From NCBI GenBank assembly GCA_041946735.1, contig JBHGAY010000049.1, positions 1 through 17,243 on the forward strand: a stretch of 17,243 bases of DNA, in the 5' to 3' direction. Positions 8,439 to 15,641 of this stretch are shown one piece after another (within the stretch, counting starts at the first letter, position 1; each line of letters starts with the position of its first letter). Below the pieces are notes generated by a model. That model was not told the DNA's origin. It saw only the letters and a program-made list of their open reading frames with translations, and did not search any database. The position numbers and the translations under genes are program-made. The DNA is from Candidatus Eiseniibacteriota bacterium. GTDB taxonomy: Bacteria > Eisenbacteria > RBG-16-71-46 > CAIMUX01 > VGJL01.

Positions 8439-11400
8439 TCGCGCTCCTCACCCTGCGCTCCGCGCGCGCGCTCCTCCTCCTCCTCCACCACCACACCCGT
8501 CAGATCCTTCAGGAACAGGTTCACGTCCGGCTCCACGTCCCGGAGCGAGCGGTTGGCGCGGAACTTCCTGTGATGCTCCGACTCGAACTCCGAATCGAGC
8601 ATCTCGCGCAGCAGCGGCTGCGGCGCCGGGCTCTTCTTCCACAGCTCGTACTTCTGGTACTGCACCGCGACCCCCGCCCGCCGGTAGTCCTCGTACACCT
8701 TCCGCCAGGAGTCGAGAAGGTCGACGACGCGGTTCTGCACGCTCCGCATCCTTTCCTGCCGCTCCTCCTCGCTCGCGAACGGCTGCTGGCGCACCCGCTC
8801 CAGGAAGGCATCGAGCAGCCGCCGCTCGAGCGCCGCGCGCGCCGCGACGATCCGCTCGGCCCCCTGCGGCGGCGTCAGCTCGGCCACCGCGTGCCGCGCC
8901 AGAGCGACCAGCGCGCCCGCGAAGCCCCGGTCCAGGGCGCGCGCCGAGAACGGCGTCACGCTCCCGACCTCGACCGACCGATAGAAGCTCTCGTGGTAGT
9001 GGCGGAACCGCTCGTAGTGGGACCGGTCGCGCGGCTTGTGAATGTTCAGGAGCGTCACGACGAGCCCCGGGCGCCGATCGTCGCGCCCCACGCGGCTCGT
9101 CGCCTGGATGTACTCGGCGTGGGTCTTCGGCTGTCCGAGGACGACCATCAATCCGAGTCGCGGGATGTCCAAGCCGACGGAGATCATATTCGTCGCGATC
9201 GCGCAGTCCACGCGATCCGCGGCGCGATGGAACGGGGCCTCGAGGCGCCGCCTCGCCTCCGCCACCTTGTCGGTCGAGACGCGCGAAGTCAGCTCGACGA
9301 CCTCCGAGAAGCTCTTCCGATCCCGGAAGAGGCCGAACCCTGCCTTCTCGTCGATCCGCCGCCGCGTCCCGTACGCCTTCAGCGTGTTCTGCACCTCTTC
9401 CTCGAGGATCCTCCGCGCGCCGCCCAGCTCCCGCAGCGCGTTGAAGTAGCCGAGGACGGTCATGTACGGGTCGGCGGGATTCTCGCGGTTCAGCTCGCCG
9501 CCGCTCTCCAGCCAGGCGCGCTGGCCGGCGCCCATCAACGCGAGCCACGCACGGCGCATCACGACCTTCGGGTTGCGCCCCTGCGCCGAGACGCCGAGAT
9601 AGAGCCGCGCCGGCACCTCCGAGGACGGCACCGTCCGCGCGAAGAACGAGTCACGCCGGCCTGGACCGGGGGGCGGGAACACCTGCGTCATCCCGCGGGC
9701 GAAGAGCGCCTGGATCTGGTCCTGAGCGCGGCGGACCGTCGCCGTCGAGGCCACGATCTTCGGACGCACCGCTCGCCCCGCCCGCCCTTCCTGCCCCTCG
9801 ATCTCGCGGACGCACAGCGCCTCGATCGCCGCCTCGTAGAGCCCGGCCATCGTCCCGAGCGGACCGGAGATCAGGTGCAGCTCGTCCTGGATCACGAGGT
9901 CGGGCGGCGGCAGCGCGGCGCTGCGCAAACGTTTGCCGTATCCGGGCTCGGCCGCGCCATAGAACCCGCTGCCGTCGTAGCGGTCGGCTCCTCCGAGCAG
10001 AGCGCCCGATTGCGCCACCCACGGGAGCGAGGCGAACTTGTCGACCGTCGCGATCAGGAAGGCGGGAAGCCTCCGGTAGACCGGTTCATCGACAGCGACG
10101 ATCGGCAGCGCTCGGCCCCCGCTGAACTCGCACTCGAAGTCAGCGCAGACGATCCGCAACTCGCGCGGCTCGTCGTCGTTCGGCAGAAGGGCGAAGGAGT
10201 TGGCAGTGAACCGCTTGCCGCACCAGGGACAGTTCTCCAGCGGGATCGGCGAGGGGTTGCGCCTCGAATCCTGCTTGAAGCGGCGCACCTTGGCGCGCGC
10301 CGTGTCGTCCCGCTGGTCGCCCTTCCGTCCCAGGACGTTCGGCGTCGCCGCCTTGCCGACCCACAAGCCGATCTCGAACGGCCACACTCCGTAGCGCTGC
10401 GGCGCCTCCGCACGCTCCAGCTCGAGGGCGCAGACGAGCCCCGCGGCGCGTCCGAGCTGGTCGAGCGTCAACAGGCGGAGGGTGTAGCGCATGATCACGC
10501 TGACCCCGGCCCCCGCGCGCGCCCCGTCCTCCGGGTGGCGGAGCCGCCGCAGGACCATCGCGAAGGCGGCGAGTCCGAGATACGCCTCCGTCTTGCCGCC
10601 TCCCGTCGGGAAGAAGAGCAGGTCGACGATCTCGCGGTCCGGCGCGGTCGGCTCCACCATTCCGGGCAGGTTCAACAGAAGGAAGGCGAGCTGGAAGGCG
10701 CGCCAGCGCGGCGCCTCGATGCCGAGGCGCTTCGTGAGAGCCCGGGCGACGGCGCGGTTGGCGACGCGGAAGGAGTCGAGCGCGTCGGGGTCGGAGGCGA
10801 GAGCGGCGATACCTCGCTCCATCCGTCCCGCCGCAACACCGGCCAGGCGCAGCAGCTCCTCGGCGGTCTCGCGCCGCGTGCCTTCGAGCCGCCCCGCGAG
10901 CGCGCGGCGCTCCCTCTCGATCCAGGAGCGGTAGGCGCTCACGAGCGGGGACAGAGCCGCCGTCGCGGCCGCGCCGTCGGGCAGCGCGCCGAGCGCCTCC
11001 ATCGAGAGCTCCACGCCCGGCACGTCGAACGTCGTCGTCTTCTCGACCTCGGCGGCGGGGATCCAGGCGGTGCGGATCACGCGGCAGGCGCCGTCCACGA
11101 TCTCCCAGTCGGCCGAGACGCCATGGCCCGTCGCGTACTCGGGAGTGTCCGCGTAGTGGAGATCGGCGACCTGCTCGTCCCACTGGTCCGCCAGCGCCCC
11201 GCTGAGATCGGGCCGCGGCACGAACGGCTCGGCACAGCGGACCTCGATCTCGGCCTGGAAGGCGTAGGCGACGTCGGGACTCTGCTCGTCCGGCGGACGG
11301 TGATTGACGAGGAAGATCGAGACCGAGCGCGTGCCGGCGGGGATCTGCGCCGCCAGCTCCTCGGCCACGATCGGCTGCTCGACGACGTGGAGCTGCAAGC

Positions 11401-11941
11401 CCCCGCCGTCCGGGACGTCGCGAGGCCATTCCCCGCGGCTTCCCGTCAGCTCGAGGGCGACGGACGCCTCGCGCGCGGTGCGCCTCCATGTCTGGAGCGG
11501 CTTGCCGTCCTCTCCTTCGATCTCCTCCGGCGTGTAGTCCCCCCAACGGACGATGACGTTGAGCGTGCGCGCCTCGCGCGGGACCAGGAAGCTCAGTCCC
11601 ATCGAGGAGGGGTAGTAGCCCTTCTTCGCCGCCTTGCGCTCCTCTGTCGACTCCTCGGCGAGCCCCGCGCCCTGCGGGACCTCGCTCTCCATGTCGTCGT
11701 CCTCGTCCGGGTCGGCGCTCTTCTCGGGCGGCGTGCAGGAGGGGATCAGGAAGCCGGTCAAGTACCAGCCCGACGGGCGCTCCCAGCCGCGCAGCCGCTC
11801 GGAGGCGTAGGCGTGCCCCGGGGGCGGGCCGACGAGGTCGAGGCGGAGCGCCTCGACGAGGCGCTCGCGGACGTCGAGGGAAGTGACGGGGGTGCGTCGA
11901 TCATCGGACACGACGGCTTCTTCTTCTCCGCTCATGAACAT
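8435..11941 (-). CDS. drmA: DISARM SF2 helicase DrmA
   Basis: N-terminal VRERLVEALRLDLVGP; Q-motif WRAFQLAF; Walker A FPTGGGKTEAY; RYTLRLLT; CPWCG...C...C; QDELH; STAT; ATNMISVGLDIPRL; motif VI YIQATSRVGR; RDRSHYE. Exact start uncertain (11941 or 11935). Confidence 0.95.
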   Translation of the reverse strand: MFMSGEEEAVVSDDRRTPVTSLDVRERLVEALRLDLVGPPPGHAYASERLRGWERPSGWYLTGFLIPSCTPPEKSADPDEDDDMESEVPQGAGLAEESTEERKAAKKGYYPSSMGLSFLVPREARTLNVIVRWGDYTPEEIEGEDGKPLQTWRRTAREASVALELTGSRGEWPRDVPDGGGLQLHVVEQPIVAEELAAQIPAGTRSVSIFLVNHRPPDEQSPDVAYAFQAEIEVRCAEPFVPRPDLSGALADQWDEQVADLHYADTPEYATGHGVSADWEIVDGACRVIRTAWIPAAEVEKTTTFDVPGVELSMEALGALPDGAAATAALSPLVSAYRSWIERERRALAGRLEGTRRETAEELLRLAGVAAGRMERGIAALASDPDALDSFRVANRAVARALTKRLGIEAPRWRAFQLAFLLLNLPGMVEPTAPDREIVDLLFFPTGGGKTEAYLGLAAFAMVLRRLRHPEDGARAGAGVSVIMRYTLRLLTLDQLGRAAGLVCALELERAEAPQRYGVWPFEIGLWVGKAATPNVLGRKGDQRDDTARAKVRRFKQDSRRNPSPIPLENCPWCGKRFTANSFALLPNDDEPRELRIVCADFECEFSGGRALPIVAVDEPVYRRLPAFLIATVDKFASLPWVAQSGALLGGADRYDGSGFYGAAEPGYGKRLRSAALPPPDLVIQDELHLISGPLGTMAGLYEAAIEALCVREIEGQEGRAGRAVRPKIVASTATVRRAQDQIQALFARGMTQVFPPPGPGRRDSFFARTVPSSEVPARLYLGVSAQGRNPKVVMRRAWLALMGAGQRAWLESGGELNRENPADPYMTVLGYFNALRELGGARRILEEEVQNTLKAYGTRRRIDEKAGFGLFRDRKSFSEVVELTSRVSTDKVAEARRRLEAPFHRAADRVDCAIATNMISVGLDIPRLGLMVVLGQPKTHAEYIQATSRVGRDDRRPGLVVTLLNIHKPRDRSHYERFRHYHESFYRSVEVGSVTPFSARALDRGFAGALVALARHAVAELTPPQGAERIVAARAALERRLLDAFLERVRQQPFASEEERQERMRSVQNRVVDLLDSWRKVYEDYRRAGVAVQYQKYELWKKSPAPQPLLREMLDSEFESEHHRKFRANRSLRDVEPDVNLFLKDLTGVVVEEEEERARGAQGEERE

Positions 11942-12059
11942 GCGCCCTTCAGGACACGGCTTGCGTGCTCCGGAGTGGGAATGGTTCTGGCATCAGGAGG
12001 CCCGAGGGAAATGGTCATGACTCCGATGTGGATCCGATCCAACTGGGTACCGCCTCTGG

Positions 12060-12382
12060 ATGAGTTCGCGCGCATTGATCATCGCCGGGCCGAACGGCTC
12101 TGGCAAGACAACCTTCGCTGGAAAAGTACCTGCGAGCAGGGACCATCAGCTTCCTGAGTGCCGACGCATGGGCCGTGAGCCTCGGAGCTCCCGATCCCGC
12201 CACGATTCGCATCGAGGCGGGCAGACTCTTCCTCGCGGAACTCGTCGGTCGCTGGAGGCTGGTCTACAATGGGGCACCCCGCCGGTCCGGTTTGCTGCTA
12301 CCGGCGACCGCGACGGCACGAAGGTCCATGTTCAGGCTCTGTTCCGCGAGTTCCGCCGCTTGGCGGGGAGGAAGTCCGATGA
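12060..12382 (+). pseudogene. Degraded zeta-toxin-like / AAA P-loop ATPase, frameshifted and internally deleted
   Basis: Starts MSSRALIIAGPNGSGKTTFA. It shifts frame near 12120-12127 to YLRAGTISFLSADAWAVSLGAPDPATIRIEAGRLFLAEL, then jumps to C-terminal-type sequence LVGRWRLVYNG with no central E.TLSG segment. It shifts back to ...FAATGDRDGTKVHVQALFREF. Confidence 0.75.
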
Positions 12383-12520
12383 AGAAAGGATCCCCGAGTC
12401 CCGAGACACTTGCGATGGGGGCAGAGATCGAGCGAATCTGGAGGCTCGCCGCCCTTCGTGCCCACGAGGAGAACCGGTGAGCTGGGGTCGGGAACGTGTA
12501 CGAGCTCGAGGACGGGTGAT
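12379..12520 (+). pseudogene. Small partner gene of the zeta-like ATPase (putative antitoxin), with a premature stop
   Basis: RBS GGAGGA then ATG at 12379: MKKGSPSPETLAMGAEIERIWRLAALRAHEENR*AGVGNVYELE. Resemblance to the 'A.EENRR.G.PNVY' small proteins found after these ATPases continues past the TGA at 12478-12480 (likely CGA>TGA). Confidence 0.55.
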
Positions 12521-12580
12521 CAGGTATCGGGTGACGCGCACCTTGTCAATGCGCGGGTCGCTACTGACCGCAGTGCTCAC
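12515..12580 (-). pseudogene. 5' fragment of a DUF2442-type gene
   Basis: GTG at 12580 lies inside the 3' end of the DUF4160 fragment and gives VSTAVSSDPRIDKVRVTRYLIT. The expected ...L.DGR.ISVPL continuation is absent. Confidence 0.55.
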
Positions 12581-12659
12581 GCCATGCCTCCAATATCGTC
12601 GGTCGGTGCTTCGAGACGAGCCGCCGGATCCGGTTGAGTTCCCTTGCGGTGAATCCGTG
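12561..12659 (-). pseudogene. 3' fragment of a DUF4160-family gene (putative toxin of a DUF4160/DUF2442 pair)
   Basis: Not in the ORF track. Minus strand reads HGFTARELNRIRRLVSKHRPTILEAWREHCGQ* (TAG at 12563-12561), the characteristic DUF4160 C-terminus. There is no start codon or N-terminal H.PPH.H motif between it and the in-frame stop at 12687-12689. Confidence 0.75.
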
Positions 12660-12686
12660 AAGGCGGTCGTCGTGCTCGTGACCGTG

Positions 12687-12890
12687 TCACGCACTGCGCT
12701 TCTCCCCCGCTGGCAAACGGCGACGGCGAGTCACGATGGGAAGCAGGGCGCGTAGCGCCTCATTGACTGCCGCGGAGGTCGGGAACACCTTCGCTACGTC
12801 AGGATCAAGGACCACAACGTTCGTACCCTTCGCATAGCGTTTCGCATGCTTGCCGCGCACGCCACCGCTGAAGTCGTACTCCGGCCTCAT
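12687..12890 (-). CDS. BrnA-like antitoxin; no BrnT toxin gene upstream
   Basis: MRPEYDFSGGVRGKHAKRYAKGTNVVVLDPDVAKVFPTSAAVNEALRAL matches the small proteins that normally follow BrnT toxins. ATG overlaps the vapB stop (ATGA). Confidence 0.75.
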   Translation of the reverse strand: MRPEYDFSGGVRGKHAKRYAKGTNVVVLDPDVAKVFPTSAAVNEALRALLPIVTRRRRLPAGEKRSA

Positions 12891-13099
12891 GTCCCGGACC
12901 CGGGTCGCGCGCTGGGAGGACGCCTCCTGATCCGCGTGGCCTTTCGCTCGGTGCCGCCCAGGTCCGCCAACCTACGAGCGCTTGCGCCGGCAATCAGCGC
13001 TTCGAGGCCCAAGTGCACGAGAGCCGTCGTCTCCTTGACGCCGGTAAGGCTCGCCGCCCGCCTGAGCAGCGCGTCGTCGATGTTCAGGACAATTCTCAC
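12887..13099 (-). CDS. vapB: VapB-family (DUF2191-type) antitoxin; no VapC/PIN gene downstream
   Basis: (M)RIVLNIDDALLRRAASLTGVKETTALVHLGLEALIAGASARRLADLGGTE...IRRRP. Probable GTG start at 13099 (alternative 13105). Confidence 0.8.
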   Translation of the reverse strand: MRIVLNIDDALLRRAASLTGVKETTALVHLGLEALIAGASARRLADLGGTERKATRIRRRPPSARPGSGT

Positions 13100-13106
13100 A
13101 CGCACC

Positions 13107-13135
13107 AGTATGGACGGTTGATGCAGACGTCTCAA
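13107..13135 (-). promoter_or_regulatory. sigma70-like promoter for vapB, likely leaderless
   Basis: TTGAGA (13135-13130), 17 nt, CATACT (13112-13107), 7 nt, GTG (13099). No SD sequence. Confidence 0.6.
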
Positions 13136-13185
13136 TCGCGACGGTCGCCGTCAACGGCCTGCGAGCATGGCCCAAGGGTCGTTCC

Positions 13186-15378
13186 CTATCGGCGGATCTT
13201 TCGGATCTTTGCGGTTCGTTCCCCCCCGGCCGTCGTGAGCCGGACGAAGTAGACGCCGGAGAGAGCGTCCGCGCCCGTGGCATCGCATCCGTTCCAGGTC
13301 GCAACGTGCGTCCCCGCGTTCAGGTCCGCGCCCTCTACGATCTTGGCCACCTCACGGCCGCGCACATCGTAGACGCGCACGTCGACTGGCCCGGACCGGG
13401 GTAGATCGAACCTCAGGGTCGTCGCCGCTCGCATCGGATTCGGGCCCGACACCTGAAGCCTCAGGGACGCCGGCGACGTTTCGTTCTCCGCAGCCGGCAG
13501 CGCGGACGGGGCACCGACCACGTGCAGGCTGAGGGAGGTCGACCCGTAGTGGAGTTCCCAGAGTTGGGAAGGATCCAGTGGAGGAAACTCGACAGCGTCG
13601 AACTGGCCCGTGTGATTCGCGTAGGTGACGAGCATGAAGGAGTCTCCAAGGGCGGGCACCGTCAGGGCGCTCACATCCAACCGTCCTGCGAAGACGGCGG
13701 TCCCGGTAACCTGGACACGATCGCTGGGGTCTGCTTCCCTGCCACCGCCGATGTCCATCTTCACCGTGCTCTGCGCCTGCGCGGTGAACGCCGGTAGGGT
13801 CAGCGCGGCGATCGATGCAGGATCACCAACCTCGAGAGTCCCGAGAGGCTCCAGCGTGACCGCTCCGGCGAGAGAGCCTTGCGCTTGGAGAACCGCTCCA
13901 GCCTGCACCGTGACGGGACCGCTGCCCGTGGGCGAGCCCGAGGGGGCGTCGGCGACCAGATTCCCCTGCACGATCAGAGTACCGCCCGAGTAGGTATTGG
14001 CGTTGCTCAGCACGAGCGTGCCCGGACCCACCTTGCGGAGCCCCTGCGAGGCAGCCCCGCTCACGACACCGGAGACCGTCAAGATGGCGCCCGGACCGGC
14101 GGAAAGGTCGACCGAGGCGGCAGGAACCTCGATCGGGCCCGCCCAGTGACAGTCCGCTAGCGAAGAGACGAGTCCAGGCTGCATGACCCTGAAGATCTCC
14201 CCGATCGAGCCGCCAGGCGGATCCAGCGCGATGAGCAGGCTGCCCCCCGCCAGGATCGTCTCGTTTCCGGATCCTGGCGCTCCCAGTGCGGCCGCGTCGG
14301 TTATTTCGACCGCGCCCCCATCGATGCTGAAACTCCGCACGAACGCGTTCGGGCCGCTCAAGACGAGGAGGCCCGCACCAGTCTTGCGCATGGATGGCGT
14401 TGCACCCGGGTCTCCTCCTCCGATGATGCGGGAGGTGAGGGTGAGACTTGCGGTGTCCCAGACGTTGACGATGCGCGTGCCCGCGGTGGTCGCCAGGTCG
14501 AGCTGGCCGTTGTCGATGCTCGATGTGCCGCCGTAATCCTGGCTGATCCAGGTCCCTGATGAGGAAATCGTGAGCACGTTGTTGGTTCCCCCGAGGTCGA
14601 TCCAGCCACCGCCCGTGAAACCGACTCCCGTCGAATGCACTGCACCGGGGCCGACAGTCTCATTGTGGCCATTGAGGTCGAGCACACCTCCATTGTCGAT
14701 GAGCAGAGTGCCGCGTCCGATCACTTCGTCGGCGGCGCAACGAATCGTGCCTTCGTCAATGGCCGTCAGACCAACGTAGTCGCCCGAACCGGAGAGGGTG
14801 AGCGTGCCCGGACCGGACTTGCGCACGACTCCCGTGCCGCCGATATCGCCGTTGATCACGACCGGCGAATCCCGTTCATTCGAGATGGACAGGTACCCGC
14901 CCTCGTTCAAAGCGAGCGAGACGTCGCCGGCGAAGGTCAGCTGGTCGCCGGCATAGTTCACGATGAGAGCATCTTGACCCTGGAAGCGGGTCGGGCAGAT
15001 GAAGCCATGATTCGACGTCCGCCCCTGATGGTCTGTTTGCATATCGACGCCGCCATCCAGGAAGGTCAACTGAGAACCGTCGATCATGTATTGATCGTCG
15101 CTCCTGAAGAAGAGCGTGTGGATGGTCCAGGGTTGGTCCACGTCCACGTGATGCCAGTTATCGACGCCGGATTCGAACCACGCATCGTCGTCCTCTTGGG
15201 GACGGATGTAATTGCCCCAGTTCAGGATTCGACTCCACTGGGGACCCACTCCGTTCCCCGTCCAGAAACAGATGATCCCGGCATGCGACGGCGGCGGAAA
15301 CAACAGGCTGAGCAGACCGAGCAACAGGACGTGGGTCCGAGACACGCGACCTGAACCGAGGGTACCGCCCGTGGACAT
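13186..15378 (-). CDS. Secreted protein with autotransporter-associated beta-strand (PATR) repeats and a C-terminal FlgD-Ig/T9SS-like domain
   Basis: RBS GGAGG-N6-ATG(15378). Signal peptide ...VLLLGLLSLLFPPPSHA; WTG...WS...NW N-terminal motif. Three PATR repeats (KSGPGTLTLSGSGDYVGLTAIDEGTI; KTGAGLLVLSGPNAF; KVGPGTLVLSNANTYSGGTLIVQGNL). C-terminus PNPMRAATTLRFDLP...VYDVRGREV...WNGCDATG...SGVYFVRL. No beta-barrel. Confidence 0.88.
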   Translation of the reverse strand: MSTGGTLGSGRVSRTHVLLLGLLSLLFPPPSHAGIICFWTGNGVGPQWSRILNWGNYIRPQEDDDAWFESGVDNWHHVDVDQPWTIHTLFFRSDDQYMIDGSQLTFLDGGVDMQTDHQGRTSNHGFICPTRFQGQDALIVNYAGDQLTFAGDVSLALNEGGYLSISNERDSPVVINGDIGGTGVVRKSGPGTLTLSGSGDYVGLTAIDEGTIRCAADEVIGRGTLLIDNGGVLDLNGHNETVGPGAVHSTGVGFTGGGWIDLGGTNNVLTISSSGTWISQDYGGTSSIDNGQLDLATTAGTRIVNVWDTASLTLTSRIIGGGDPGATPSMRKTGAGLLVLSGPNAFVRSFSIDGGAVEITDAAALGAPGSGNETILAGGSLLIALDPPGGSIGEIFRVMQPGLVSSLADCHWAGPIEVPAASVDLSAGPGAILTVSGVVSGAASQGLRKVGPGTLVLSNANTYSGGTLIVQGNLVADAPSGSPTGSGPVTVQAGAVLQAQGSLAGAVTLEPLGTLEVGDPASIAALTLPAFTAQAQSTVKMDIGGGREADPSDRVQVTGTAVFAGRLDVSALTVPALGDSFMLVTYANHTGQFDAVEFPPLDPSQLWELHYGSTSLSLHVVGAPSALPAAENETSPASLRLQVSGPNPMRAATTLRFDLPRSGPVDVRVYDVRGREVAKIVEGADLNAGTHVATWNGCDATGADALSGVYFVRLTTAGGERTAKIRKIRR

Positions 15379-15444
15379 GGGAAACCTCCAGGGAGGAAAT
15401 TGTAATTCACGATCGGGTCGCCGGCAGGAGAAACCGACCCATAG

Positions 15445-15485
15445 AAGCGAACTCGCGAGGTTATTCGCTTGGCTCAGCGACGCAA
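15445..15485 (-). promoter_or_regulatory. Candidate promoter TTGCGT-N16-TAACCT overlapped by the inverted repeat AAGCGAA-N12-TTCGCTT
   Basis: -35 at 15485-15480 and -10 at 15463-15458. Inverted repeat arms at 15445-15451 and 15464-15470. Confidence 0.35.
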
Positions 15486-15641
15486 TAGGAAACACCGAGG
15501 CAAGGAAAACGGGCAGCGTACCCGACAGACGAACAGGCGCAGAGCGATTGCCTACGAATCGAAGATCACCGGTTCCTGGTCGACCTCCACCTCTCCGTAC
15601 TGGAGGCCTCCCGCGCGCTCATGGACGAGCAGGCACTCTTG

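Noticed and set aside
12118..12128. GGAAAAG as a programmed -1 frameshift site
   Set aside because: The homologous sequence continues in the +1 frame, and the gene has further lesions, so ordinary decay is the simpler explanation.
8570..12157. 1195-aa plus-strand ORF, and similar long ORFs at 6654-8573, 5035-6609, 3315-4862 and 15621-16862
   Set aside because: Antisense shadows of real high-GC genes. They have no recognisable motifs, and stop-codon scarcity is expected opposite GC3-rich coding sequence.
12060..12755. 231-aa ORF as an intact P-loop protein
   Set aside because: Only the first ~20 codons and a short later segment are ATPase-like. The remainder runs antisense through the DUF2442, DUF4160 and BrnA-like pieces.
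15584..15606. CCTCCA-N11-TGGAGG hairpin after the DUF1801 gene as a terminator
   Set aside because: Short stem, large loop and no U-tract.
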